Shown one piece after another: positions 1-12,542 of a DNA stretch of 64,000 nt. Location: the NCBI RefSeq assembly GCF_963921235.1, contig NC_086097.1:97094001-97158000 (forward strand), read 5' to 3'. A program made the position numbers and the translations under genes. Within the stretch, counting starts at the first letter, position 1; each line of letters begins with the position of its first letter. The notes under the pieces are model-generated. The model saw only the letters and a list, made by a program, of their open reading frames with translations. It was not told where the DNA came from and did no database searches. Origin of the DNA: Mobula hypostoma (lineage: Eukaryota).

Positions 1-305
1 GACCACAAAGCCACCAATTCCCTCATCCAAATCATTATATATAATATGAAAAGAAGCGGGCAGAACATTGACCCCTGTGGAGCACCACTAATCAATGCCA
101 GCCAATCAGAAAAGGCTCCCTTTATTCCAACTCTTTACCCGCTGTCTGTCAGCCACTATCTTTCCTGTAATACCATAGGCTCTTAACTTGTTTAACAGCG
201 TCATGTGCAACATCTTGTCAAGGCCTTCTGAAAAATCAAAGCAAGCTACATCCACGGGCTCTCCTTTGTCTATCCTATCTGTTATTGCCCCAATGAATTC
301 AAACA
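1..305 (-). mobile_element. CR1 LINE RT fragment
   Basis: Peptide CLTNLFEF...DKGEPVDVACFDFSEGLDK...LLNKLRAYGITG, typical of CR1 RT. Confidence 0.8.
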
Positions 306-2283
306 GATTTGTCAGACAGCACACATCAAAGTTGCTGGTGAACGCAGCAGGCCAGGCAGCATCGCTAAGAAGAGGTACAGTCGACATTTTGGGCCGAGAG
401 CCTTCGTCAGGACTAACTGAAAGAAGAGCTAGTAAGAGATTTGAAAGTGGGAGGGAAAGGGGGAAATCCAAAATGATGGGAGAAGACAGGAGGGGGAGGG
501 ATGGAGCCAGGAGCTGGACAGGTGATTGGCAAAAGGGATATGAGAGGATCATGGGACAGGAGGCCTAGGGAGAAAGAAAGGGGGAGGGGGGAAGCCCAAA
601 GGATGGGCAAGGAGTATAGTGAGAGGGACACAGGGAGAAAAAGGAGAGAAAAAGAATATATATATAGATATATAGACGTAATAAATAACGGATGGGGTAT
701 GAGGGGGAGGTGGGGCATTAACGGAAGTTAGAGAAGTCAATGTTCATGCCATCAGGTTGGAGGCTACCCAGACGGAATATAAGGTGTTGTTCCTCCAACC
801 TGAGCGTGGCTTCATCTTTATAGTAGAGGAGGCCGTGGATAGACATGTCAGAATGGGAATGGGATGTGGAATTAAAATGTGTGGCCACTGGGAGATCCTG
901 CTTTCTCTGGCGGACAGAGCGTAGGTGTTCAGCGAAACTGTCTCCCAGTCTGCGTCGGGTCTCACCAATATATAGAGGGCCGCATTGGGAGCACCGGATG
1001 CAGTGTATCGCCCCAGCCGACTCACAGGTGAAGTGTTGCCTCACTTGGAAGGACTGTCTGGGGCCCTGAATGGTAGTGAGGGAGGAAGTGTAAGGGCATG
1101 TGTAGCACTTGTTCGGCTTACAAGGATAAGTGCCGGGAGGGAGATCGGTGGGAAGGGATGGGGGGGGACGAATGGAGAAGGGAATCGCGTAGAGAGCAAT
1201 CCCCACAGAAAGCAGAGGGGGAGAGGGGAGGGAAAGATGTGCGTATTGGTGGGATCCAGTTGGAGGTGGCAGAAGTTACGGAGAATTATATGTTGGACCC
1301 AGAGGCTGGTGAGGTGGTAGGTGAGGACAAGGGGAACCCTATTCCTAGTGTGGTGGCGGGAGGATGGAGTGAGAGCAGATGTGCATGAAATGGGAGAGGT
1401 GCATTTGAAAGCAGAGTTGATGGTGGAGGAAGGGAAACCCCTTTCTTTAAAAAAGGAGGACATCTCCCTCGTCCTGGAATGAAAAGCCTCATCCTGAGAG
1501 CAGATGTGGCAGAGATGGAGGAATTGCAAGAAGGGGATGGCATTTTTGCAAGAGACAGGGTGAGAAGAGGAATAGTCCAGATAGCTGTGAAAGTCAGTAG
1601 GCTTATAGTAGGCATCATTCGATAAGCTGTCTCCAGAGATAGAGACAGAAAGATCTAGAGAGGGGAGGGAGGTGTCGGAAATGGACCAGGTAAACTTGAG
1701 GGCAGGGTGAAAGTTGGAGGCAAAGTTAATGAAGTCAACAAGCTCAGCATGCGTGCAGGAAGCAGCGCCAATGCAGTCGTCGATATAGCGAAGGAAAAGT
1801 GGGGGACAGATACCAGAATAGGCATGGAACATGGATTGTTCCGCAAAGCCAACAAAAAGGCAGGCATAGCTGGGACCCATACGGGTGCCCATAGCTACAC
1901 CTTTAGTTTGGAGGAAATGGGAAGAGCCAAAGGAGAAATTATTAAGAGTAAGGACTAATTCCGCTAGACAGAGCAAAGTGGTGGTAGAGGGGAACTGGTG
2001 AGGTCTATAATCCAAAAAGAAGCGGAGAGCTTTGAGACCTTCCTGGTGGGAGATGGAAGCATAAACGGACTGGACATTCATGGTGAAAATAAAGCGGTGG
2101 GGGCCAAGGAACTTAAAATCATCGAAAAATTTCAGAGCGTGAGAAGTGTCACCAACAGAAGTAGGAAGGGATTGAACAAGGAGGGATAAAACAGTGTTGA
2201 GGTATGCAGAAATGAGTTCGGTGGGGCAGGAGCAAGCTGAGACAATGGGTCTACCTGGACAGGCAGGTTTGTGGATCTTGGGA
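306..2283 (-). mobile_element. Penelope-like element (Neptune type), 5'-truncated: RT, GIY-YIG endonuclease, pseudo-LTR
   Basis: RT motifs GVAMGTRMGPSYACLF and LRYIDD, Cys linker CKPNKCYTCP, GIY-YIG-like YIGETRRRL...LQPDGMN. pLTR has a degenerate hammerhead at ~378-414. Confidence 0.92.
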
Positions 2284-2289
2284 TTTTCC

Positions 2290-3245
2290 CTTAATGAAGT
2301 CCGATGTTATTGTATGATTCTAGTTACATTGAAACCTCCTCCTTAATAATGGACTCCAACATCTTCCCAACCACTGGCTAACTGACCTATAATTTCCCAT
2401 CTTTTGCCTCCCTCCCATCTCAAAGAGTGGAGTGAAATTTGAAATCTTCGCTTCCTTCAGAACTATTCAGAATCTCCTGATTCTTGAAAGATCACTATCA
2501 ATGCCTCCGCAATCTCTTCAGGTACCTCGTTCAGAACCCTGGGGTATAGTCCATCTCGTCCAGTTGTCTTATTGACCTTCAGAACTTTGAGTTTTCTGAG
2601 CATCTCCTCCTTAGTAATAGCAACTACACTCAGTTCTGCCCCCGACACTCTTGAACTTCTGGCAAACTGCTTGTGTCTTCCACAGTGAAAACTGATGTAA
2701 AATAATTATTCAGTTCATCTGCCATTTCTTTGTCCTCCATTATTACTTCTCCAGCATAATTTTCCAGTGGTCCAATATCCACTCCTGCCTCTTTTACTCT
2801 TTACATATCTGAAAAAACTTTTTGTATCCTTTTTTTTTACATTATTGGCTAGCTTTCATTGATATTTCATCTTTTCTCTCTTTATTGCTTTTTCAGTTGG
2901 CATCGGTTGGCTTTTTCCCAATCCTCTAACTTCCCTCTAATTTTTGCTAAATAGTGTGCACTCTCTCTTTTGTCTTTATGCTGTGTTTGACTTCCCTTGT
3001 CAGTGACAGTTGTCTCATCCTCCCTTTAAAATACTTCTTCATCTTTGGGATCCATCTATCCTTTCAAATTGCTCTCAGAAACTGCAGCCGTTGCTGTTCT
3101 GGTGTTGTTCCTGCCAGTGTCCCTTCCAGTCAACTTTGACCAGCTCCCCTTTCATGCCTCTGTAATTCCTCTTACTCTACTATCATACTGAAACATCAGA
3201 CTTTAGCTTCTCCTTCTCAAACTGCACAGTGAAGTCCATCATACT
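2290..3245 (-). mobile_element. Degraded CR1 LINE ORF2 fragment
   Basis: Peptide LKVNKTTGRDGLYPRVLNEVPEEIAEAL. Confidence 0.75.
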
Positions 3246-3789
3246 ACAGCCCAACATCCTAACATTATTGTTTTGCCTTATTCTACCCCAATGCACTGTG
3301 TAATGAATTGATGCGTATGACCAGTATGCAAGACAAGCTTTTCACTGTACCTCAGTACATGTGACAATATTAATCCAATACAAATACCAGCACCAATATC
3401 CTGACTTGGAAATCAACCCAGCTTTCAGACAACAGTTCCCAAGGGAATTATTGACTAACTGTGTGACAACACAGCAGATGGGAATGAACTTGAGCTCATA
3501 CCTTCCACATTGGACCTATTGAAGGTCTGGATGCACTTTGTGTCCGGTCCCTCAAGCTTACCCCAGCAACAGCTGGTGTATGTATTGTGATCCCATTCAT
3601 TCGAATGTGGTCACTGATCTTAACTGAAAACATGCGGGCAGTCGATTGTTTATCTTTCTTTGTTTTATTTAATTTCAAGCACTTAAATATGTTGTGAAGA
3701 ATGCTTAAACAAAATTAAAATAATTTAATAATCTAAATCCGCTGAAGCAATTTTCAGATAATCAGTGACATTTAAAATGCTCAAAGGCC

Positions 3790-4110
3790 TTTCAGAGGGC
3801 CCAGAGGAGGTTCATGGAAATGATTCCAGGAATGAAAGGGTTAACATATGGGAAGCGTTTGATGGCTCTGGAGTCACTGCAGTTTAGAAGAATGATGGAG
3901 GATCTCATTGAAACCTATCGAAAATTGGAAGGTCTAGATAGAGTGGATGTGGAGAAGATGATTCCTATAGTTGGGGAGTCTGGGACCAGAGGGCACAGCC
4001 AAAGAATCCCTTGAGAACAGAGATGAGGAGGAATTTCTTTAGCCAGAGGGTGGTGTATCTGTGGAATCCAAGCCATTGGATAGATTATTGCAGAGGTTGA
4101 TAGTTTCTTG
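3790..4110 (+). mobile_element. CR1 3' fragment
   Basis: Peptide DLIETYRKLEGLDRVD...TRGHS. Confidence 0.75.
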
Positions 4111-4111
4111 T

Positions 4112-6600
4112 AAACACAAAATACTCTGCAGATGCTGAGGTCAAAGCAACACTCACAACACAGTGGAGGAACTCAGTAGGTCAGGCAGCATCCGTGGAAA
4201 TGAACAGTCAATGTTTCGGGCCGGAACCCTTCGTCAGGACTGAAGAGGGAGGGGGCAGGGGCCCTATAAAGAAGGTGGGGGGGAGGATGGGAAGGAGAAG
4301 GCTGGTAGGTTCCAGGTGAAAAACCAGTAAGGGGGATCAAGAAAGAGGACATTTGAGATGTCCTGGAATGGAACCCCTCATCCTGGGAGCAGATGTGGCG
4401 GAGATGGAGGAACTGGGAATAGGGAATGGCATTTTTGCACGTGGCAGGGTGGGAAGCGGTATAGTCGAGGTAGTTATGAGAGTCAGTGAGCTTATAGAAG
4501 ATGTCAGTGGACAGTCTGTCTCCAGAGATGGAGACCGAAAGATCGAGAAAGGAGAGAGAAGTGTCCGAGATGGACCAAGTGAATTTGAGGGCTGGGTGAA
4601 AGTTAGATGCAAAGTGGATGAAATTGACGAGCTCAGCATGGGTGCAGGAAGCAGCACCAATGTAGTCGTCAATGTAGTGAAGGAAAAGTTGGGGAGCAGT
4701 ACCAGTATAAGTTTAGAGCATAGTCTGTTCCACGTAACCAACGAAGAGGCAGGCATAGCTGAGGCCCACGCGAGTTCCCAAAGCTACACCCTTGGTCTGA
4801 AGAAAGTAAAGAGAAGTTATTAAGTGTGAGTACCAGTTCCGCCAACCGGAGGAGGGTAGTGGTAGTGGGGAACTGGTGAGATCTATTGTCCAGAAAGTAG
4901 TAGAGGGCTTTGAGGCCTTCTTGATGGGGAATGGAAGTGTATAAGGATTGGACATCCGTAGTGAAAATGAAGCGGTTGGGATCAGGGAACTGGAAGTCAT
5001 TGAAGAGGTGGAGGGCATGGGATGTATCCCGGAAGTAGGTGGGGAGGGACTGAACTATGGGAGACAAAATGGAGTCCAGGAAAGCAGATACAGGTTCAGT
5101 GGGGCAGGATCCGGCTGAAACTATGGGTCTACCGGGACAGTCAGACTTGTGGATCTTGGGGAGGAGGTAAAACCAAGCAGTGCAGGGTGTGGGAATCCTG
5201 AGTTTTGTGGCTGACGATGGATGGTCTCCGGAGTTGATAAGGGTGGTGGTGATGGTATGGGAGACAATGGTTTGATTTCCTTCTCTGCCTTTCCTGCCTA
5301 TCCCCTCCCTGCTTCCCCTACCCCACCCCTTGATCTTTCCCCTTATTGGTTTTTCACCTGGCACCTACCAGCCTTCTCCTTCCCACCCTCCCCCCACCTT
5401 CTTTATAGGGCTCCTGCCCCCTCCCTCTTCAGACCTGACGAAGGGTCTCGGCCCGAAACGTTGTCTGTTCATTTCCACGGATGCTACCTGACCTGCTGAG
5501 TTTCTCCAGCGTGTTGTGCGTGTTGCTTTGACCCCAGCATCTGCAGAGAATTTTATGTTTTGATTCGCTACTCCACTGTGAAGTTTCTTCAAGGTATGCC
5601 TAACCTGAAGAAGTTTAAATCTTCCCTTTGACAGGAGTTCAGTGAGACCCTCTCTCACTCTGTGATCTCCGCCTCTCTCCGACTCTTTGACCACATCCTG
5701 ACCCAGACCCGTTACCACAGCCACGTCTCCTTCCTGGGAACGTGTCTCCACTGCCATCTTGTACCGCAGGGATTCCAGCTCTGGTTCCAGGCCTCCCAGT
5801 TCGGGCCCAGTGACGCTCCAAGATACCTTTGTTTAATTGACCGCTGCTCCCGCCGGATTCTCCGCGCCACGCTCACTGCCATGCGGAGATAACTACGGGC
5901 CCTGTCCCTCTCTCTACCACCACTCCGGGCCTCACTCTCCACCGTCTGCCATGGACCTCTCCTACACCTCATTCTCCGCCGGATTCACACCTCCAACCAC
6001 CGTTTCTCCTTCCTCCCGTCCAAGAAGGACCACAAGCTCGCCCGTCTGGAGCCCACGATGACGACTGGGTCCAGCCCGGACCCCGACTCCTCGGACCCCG
6101 ACTTCTCAGACCTTCGGCAGGCCGAAGACCCATCTGCCTCTTACTCTGACCCAGACTGGAACCACGGCCTCCGGGACATGGGCAGCAGCCCCCGGCAGGC
6201 CATGGACTCACTCGCTTCTGGCTCAGACCTCAGTTCAGGTGCCCTGCGGGCCACAGGCTCCACTACCCCCAACTCCAGATCCAGCTCAGACCGAGGTCCT
6301 GACCCTCTCCAGACCGGGACTGCTCTTACTGCCGCTGGTTCCTGCCGCTCGTCTTATTCCTCCACTACCTTCTATCCTCCCCATGACTCCCAACCTTCCT
6401 TCTACCCCTCATCCCCCTCCATTCCTCTGATCTCTCATTCTCCCCTAATCCCGCTCTCCCTGAACATCCCAACCCCACTCTGCCTCCTGAGACCTCCCAA
6501 TCTTTACCCTCCTCTGACCCCAGCCCCAACCCTTGCCGTGTCCTCACCATCCCCTCTGACCTTCCCCCTCTGAGGCAGAACGTTCTGTCCTTAGCAAGGG
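4112..6600. mobile_element. Penelope-like element with inverted arm: minus pLTR + RT fragment (4112-~5277), plus pLTR + ORF N-terminus (~5278-6600)
   Basis: Opposed pLTR copies at 4112-4335 and 5278-5560. Minus-strand RT (FYLLPKIHK, DVQSLYTSIPH). Plus-strand N-terminal domain TRYHSHVSFLGTCL matches 19603 onwards. Confidence 0.9.
5430..5467 (+). ncRNA. Minimal type I hammerhead ribozyme motif in a Penelope pLTR
   Basis: CAGAC-CUGACGA-AGGG-ucucgg-CCC-GAAAC-GUU-GUCUG. Stem I variant CAGAC/GUCUG. Confidence 0.8.
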
Positions 6601-6920
6601 CCTTAAATGCATCCAGTGGCTTGGCCTCCACAGCCACTGGTGGCAACAAATTCCACAGACATACCACCCTTTGACAAAAGTAATTTCTCCACATCTCTGT
6701 TCCTTCAATCTTGAAGTCGTGCCCTCTTTTTCTAGACTCCCCTACCATGGGAAATAACTTTGCCATATCTAATCTGTTCTGGCCTTTTAACATTTGGAAT
6801 GTTTCAGTGAGATCCCCCCCTCATTCTCCTGAACTCCGGGGAATACAGCCCAAGAGCTGCCAGACGTTCCTCATACGGTAACCCTTTCATTCCTGGAATC
6901 ATCCTCACGAATCTTCTCTG
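6600..6920 (-). mobile_element. CR1 3' fragment
   Basis: Peptide LFPMVGESRKRGH...RVVCLWNLLP. Confidence 0.75.
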
Positions 6921-7419
6921 ATCGATGGGAGAAGGCAGCTTAAATAGTTTGGCATGGACTTGATGGGCTGAAGGGCCTGTTTCTGTGCTGTACTTTGCTC
7001 AGACTCTGTGACACTATCTGAGAACCTGCCGAAAAAGCTAGTTTTATTTTTACATGTATATTCAATATTGATACTTTTTCACGTGAGATTACAGCAGTGA
7101 GGAAATGCTTTTATCCTGAAAGTTGAAGACAGGTACAAAAGGTGGAAGTATTTTTGAAAAACAAAATTCCGCTGGAAAATATCATGACTTGTGTAACGAA
7201 GCATCCTTCTTTGATGGTAGGATGACATAGAGGATTCATTACTCATTTAAAATGCAGTGCCTGACGTATTTTGCAAACAGGGTTTCATCCACCATCAGCA
7301 TTGGTTGTAAAAACAAAATATTAACTTTATTTTCGTCGCTGATTGGAAGAATATTATATCAATAAAGTATCTCACTCAGAGCTTTAAAGTAACTTTATTT
7401 TTCATAAACACCTGTAACA

Positions 7420-10400
7420 TTGCTGTGTACATACATCTATTGATGCTTCTGGACACATCTTCAGTGATGTTCCTGGAATTATCGGGTGTTTCGGGTCTTT
7501 CAACATCATACAACCTCCTCCAGGTGACCCAGCCAGGGCTGATCAGACCCCAGCTTGTGTCCAGATGGCTAGCTACTTATGACTCCATGGCTCCCCTCTT
7601 TTGAGCCACAGCCATCTTGAGGCCCTCTCTGTCGCATCAGTGGTACTGCGGATGGCTCTCCTCTTCCTCTCTCCCTCGATGCTCAAAATGCTGAAGGCTC
7701 TAACTAAAGAACGGGCTATGAATCCCCTACAACCAACCTCCACTGGGAGACACCTCGCTCTCCATCCAGCCTGCTGGCAATTGCTGACCAGTCCTGCGTA
7801 CTTGGAGAGCTTCCTTTCAAAGGCCTCCTCCAAGCTATCTTCCCATGGGACTGTCAGCTCCAGCAGCACCACTTGCTTAGTAGACTCAGACACAAGGATA
7901 ATGTCTGGTCGCAGGGTGGTGGCTGCGATACGGTTGGGGAACTTCAGCTGCCGTTCGAGGTCCACCAACAGCTGCCAGTCCATTGCAGAGGTCAGAATGC
8001 CTGCAGATGTTCTTTTGGCAGGTATTGGCTGCTCCCCAGCTCTGACAAAGGCAATGGTCTGCTTGGAGGGTCGGGACCGCTTCGCCCAGTCAACTCCTGT
8101 GCTGACGGCTTCAGCAATGGTCTTCAGGACCTGATCATGCCTCCATCGGTACCGTCCCTCACCAAGTGCTCTTGCACAGCCGCTGAGGATGTGCTCCAGG
8201 GTTCCTTGCTTGGAGCACAGTGGGCACGCAGATGACTCTGCCTTGCCCCATGTGTGCAGGTTTGATGGGCTTGGAAGCACATCATACACTGCCTGGATGA
8301 GAAATTGGATGTGGTGTGGTTCGGCTTTCCAAAGATCAGCCCAGGTCACTTTCCTCTCAACCGCATTCTCCCATCTTGTCCAAGCTCCCTGTTGCTTCAT
8401 TCCCATCGCCTTGCAGGCTCTCATCTCCTCCACTACTGCTCTCACCTCCTCCTGAACTAGACGACGCCTTTCCTTCCCTCTGGTGTCCAGTTGGGGAGTT
8501 GGAAAGGATCCTAGCCCAGCTCGGCCTTGTGTGACCACTCCCACCAGCCTCCTGTGATGCAGCCTCGCCTCTGCCTCCTGAACAGCTTCCTCTGCCCTCC
8601 ACTTCCTGCCAGTACTTACTTGGATCCCTGCTCTAGCCACTTTCGGATCACTTGAGTCCCTATACTGTAGCACTTCTCTGGCTCTAGTTACCTTGAATTC
8701 TTCCTCCAAGGATTTGAAGGGCAGTTGCAGTTTGTTGTGGTGTCCATAGAGTGCGATGCTGCTCAGGCTCTTTGGCAGCCCCAGCCATCTCCTGAGGTGG
8801 TTGCTAACCCTCCTCTCTAAGGTTTCGACTGTCGAGATCGGAACTGCGTAGATGAGGAGGGGCCACAGGATTCTGGGAAGAATGCCATGCTGATACACCC
8901 AGGCTTTAAACTTCCCAGGTAGGCCAGACTTGTCCACAGATTTCAGCCAGCTTTCCAACTCGGTGTAGGTTGCCTGAATGGATGTTGTGTCCCTTAAAGA
9001 GCTGTCAAAAACTTTGCCTAAGCTCTTGACTGGCTTTTCTGTGATGGTTGGGATGGCTGTGCCTGCGATGCTGAACCAGAACTTGTTCTCCACCTTCCCT
9101 TTCCTCAGCACCATCGATCTTGATTTGGCAGGTTTGAAACGTATCCGGGCCCACTCCACCAGCTTTTCGAACCCTTGCAGAATCCACCGGCAGCCTGGGA
9201 CTGATTCTGTGGTGACTGTGAGGTCATCCATGAATGCCCGGATAGGTGGTTGCCGTTGAGCGGAATTCATTCTGGGCCCTCTGCACTCTGGTTCAGCAGA
9301 CTTAGTGAGCATGTTCATGGCTAGGGAGAACAGTGTCACTGAGATAGTGCACCCTGTGATGATGCCGACCTCCACCTTGTGCCAGGTTGATGTAATTGCT
9401 CCTGAAGAGACCCTCATCCTGAAGTTGCTGTAATAATCAGCGATAAGGTCTCTGATTCTGCTGGGGACGTGATATTTGGTCAGTGTGAGCTGCACCAGCT
9501 TGTGCGGAATGGAGCCATATGCATTTGCCAGATCCAGCCACAACACTGACAGGTTGCTCTTGTTCTCTCTAGCCTCCCTGATGAGCTGTGTCACCACACT
9601 GATGTGCTCCAGACAGCCCGGCATCCCTGAAATGCCACCCTTCTGGACCGATGTATCAATATAGGTGTTCATTGCTAGGTAGGTGCACAACCGGTTGGAA
9701 ACGGCACTGAAGAAGATCTTTGCCTCGACACACAGCAGGGAGATGATGCGAAACTGATCTGTCTGGGTGGCATTTTCCTCCTTCGGGATCCACACCCCTT
9801 CAGCCACTCTCCACTGTTCTGGGATCTTCCCCCTTCTCCAGAAGATTCTCAGGATCTTCCACAGACGCAGCAGGAGTTTGGGGCAATTCTTGTACACTTT
9901 GTACAAGGTATTGCTTGGTCCTGGAGCCGAGCTTGCCCTTGCTTTGCGGACGACCTCTCTGACTTCCTTTAGTTGCAGCTCTGACACGTCGAACTGCACA
10001 TCCGGTTCTGGTGGGTCTATTAGGATGTTGCACTCTCCCAACTCCTGCTCTCTTTCAGGATCATTATATATCTTTTTCAGATGTTGGTCTATGTCTTCCT
10101 GCGAACAGGCCAGTTTCCCACTGCGCTTCTCCCCCAGCAACCCCTTGGTGAACATGAAGGGGTTGGCGATAAAGGCAGCACGTTTTCGAGCCCTTTCATG
10201 ACGCCGCCTCCAATGCCACTCTGCCCGGCGGAGGACCCTGATCTTCTTTCGTAGTATGCTCATCAGCTGGGCCAAGCCAATGCGCTCCTCTTCTCCCGCC
10301 TACTTGTATTGGGACTTCAGCGCTTTCACCTCCTGCCTGATGTTGTGGATCCTCAATGCTCTTTGGTTCTTTGAGTAAGGTGTTTTGGAGCCTTCCTTCT

Positions 10401-10930
10401 CCTCTTCTCTGAATGGTTCAGCTGCGATACTAACGATAATTGTTGTCATGGCTTGCAGCTTCCTATCAACCCTCCCCTTCGCCGTTGCCTCCAGAATTTG
10501 GTTAACATGGTCATCAAACTGCTTCCACAGTGAAGTCATATTAGCTGCAGGCCATTTGATCCACCTCCTGTTAGACTTCATGTTCGAGGGATTAGTTTGC
10601 AACAAATGGAGGTTCCGGGCACTATGGGGTGACTCCGGGCCTGGCCCCTCCTTCGTCTCACCAGGTTGGACACCTGCGCGTTGTGCTGCTCCTGCTCCCG
10701 CTCCCGCCAAACACTTCATCCTCGCTTGGTGGATCTTCAAGCCATGATCGTTCTTGCAGATTTTGCCACATGCACACTGCTTCCTCATCGTTGTTTGTTC
10801 ATTGCCTGGGTCTGATGTTGTTGTGTCCATCCGACTGGGGTGCTCATCCTCCCCCACTCTCAGGCACCCCGGGGGTATCTTTTCCATGGATTCTTTGTGG
10901 CTTTTGTGGGGGTCCTCCTCTCAGAGGACT
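7420..10930 (-). mobile_element. HERO-like non-LTR retrotransposon (RT + restriction-like endonuclease), near intact
   Basis: ORFs 10887-10300 and 10275-7573 share one frame, split by a single TAG. N-terminal Zn finger CACGKICKNDHGLKIH, RT AFMDD, CCHC CPLC..LEHILSGC, RLE motifs RHD, RPD, ELTVPWE, K..KY, PVEVG. Outer boundaries approximate. Confidence 0.92.
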
Positions 10931-11216
10931 TAAGTTTAGCCTATAATACCTATAACATGTTGAAACCTAACGATTGACTATCTATTAAACTAATACTAAA
11001 AAACCATTAGTAACTAATGGAATCTACGGAGTCTGAGGGCCTGAGGGAAGTGTAAGTCACATTGGGGAAACAAGCAGCAAAAGTTTCTAACATGGGGAGG
11101 TGCCTTTGACCTTCGGCATGGGGTAGGGGTGGACTTGGGGGCTGCTGTTGGAGACCATGAGGGAAGTGGCCCCTTTCTCCGTGGCGCTCTGCCGTGACAC
11201 ACTCCTAGATGGATGC

Positions 11217-11445
11217 TGGACCAGCCGTTGTCTGTTGTTCATTCTGCAGCCTTTCTGCTTTAGTTTGGCAAGACCGTGGATCCAATGCCAGGCCTCGCTG
11301 GCGTCGGAGGCCACCAGATCCAAGTTCTCCCTCGTGCCCTTAAATATGATGGTAAAACAGCGGTCGGTGGGTATCTCGGTGGCGTACCGCTGCATTCCCT
11401 CCGTCTGGTGACCAGGTCTTAATTCTTTGATGTCGTCGATTGAGA
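11217..11445 (-). CDS. Phospholipase C-delta family exon, C-terminal half of PH domain
   Basis: Acceptor ttgcag|TC, in phase with the previous exon. Translates FSIDDIKELRPGHQTEGMQRYATEIPTDRCFTIIFKGTRENLDLVASDASEAWHWIHGLAKLKQKGCRMNNRQRLV, PLCD1/PLCD3-like. The 3' boundary is uncertain (no canonical GT at the homologous position). Confidence 0.9.
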
Positions 11446-11599
11446 CTGCAAGGGGTCGGGTTGGGGGAGAGAGTAAAACGGCAGCAGAGATCAGAACAAG
11501 AGATTCAGTCACAGATTCACAAGCACAAGAGATTCTGCAGAAGCTGGAAATTCAGAGTAACACACACACAAAGTTATTTATTCACAGCACTTCATCTAT

Positions 11600-11880
11600 T
11601 CAGAGATACACTGTGGGACTGGCCCTTCTTCTCCAAAAAGCCACATCGCCCAACACCCCACCTATTTAACAGCAGCCTAATCACAGGAAAATTTACAATG
11701 ACCAGTCAGCCTTCTTCGAACTGCAGGAGGAAACCCACATGGTCACAGGGAGAATATACAAACTCCTTACACACGGCACTGGTATTGAACTTTGAATTAT
11801 TACCTGCCCACTCCCTGCCCCCCATCCCTGACCGAGCAGCAACAACATCACACGAACCACTCTGCTATTGTGGTGCCCTA
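11600..11880 (-). mobile_element. tRNA-derived SINE remnant (V-SINE-like core); related copy at ~13710-13880
   Basis: Recurrent core gga(g)gaaacccacatggtcacagggagaat..acaaactccttaca in both places. Orientation inferred. Confidence 0.5.
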
Positions 11881-11989
11881 AAATGCTGGAGGAACTCTGG
11901 AGGTCAGGCAGCATCTATGGTGAGGAATAAAGAGCCAACACTTCAGGCCAACATTCTCCATCAGGCTGAGTCCTGCAGACGGGTCTCAG

Positions 11990-11991
<2 letters not shown>

Positions 11992-12027
<36 letters not shown>
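11992..12027 (+). repeat. (TG)n microsatellite
   Basis: Seen directly. Confidence 0.97.
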
Positions 12028-12029
<2 letters not shown>

Positions 12030-12360
12030 CAGTTATGGATGCTGCCTGACCTGCTGAGTTCATTCTGCATCTTGTGTGTGTTGTTCTACCATCTGCAGAA
12101 TCTCTTGTGCAAAGGCATCATTGTGTTGATAAACTGTAGAAATTAGGGTTGTGAGGTGTGGGGCTTCAGGTTTCTGTAGCTCCTGCTTGATGGATATGAC
12201 TCATGTCATGTTTATGGGAAACCTGGATGAACAGAGAAATGGAAATGGACCAGGAGGTGAGAAAGAAAGGAGCTTATTGCAACATATGGGTCATATTGTC
12301 TGAAAGTTCTTCCCCCTGTGGAATGCTGAATGAATTGGATAGTTGTTTTCCTGAGCAAAA

Positions 12361-12506
12361 CACACACACAGACACACACACACACACACACTCACATAGA
12401 TACTCACACACACACTCACACAGACACACACAGACACTCACACAGATACTCACACAGACTCACACACACACTCACACACACAGACACACACACACACACT
12501 CACACA

Positions 12507-12540
<34 letters not shown>
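12361..12540 (+). repeat. Compound (CA)n microsatellite
   Basis: Seen directly. Abuts a pLTR-derived atgctggaggaac motif. Confidence 0.97.

Positions 12541-12542
<2 letters not shown>

Noticed and set aside
7020..7420. Unique AT-rich stretch examined for the PLC EF-hand exon
   Set aside because: No recognisable WIH..ADKNKD-like translation or convincing splice pair.
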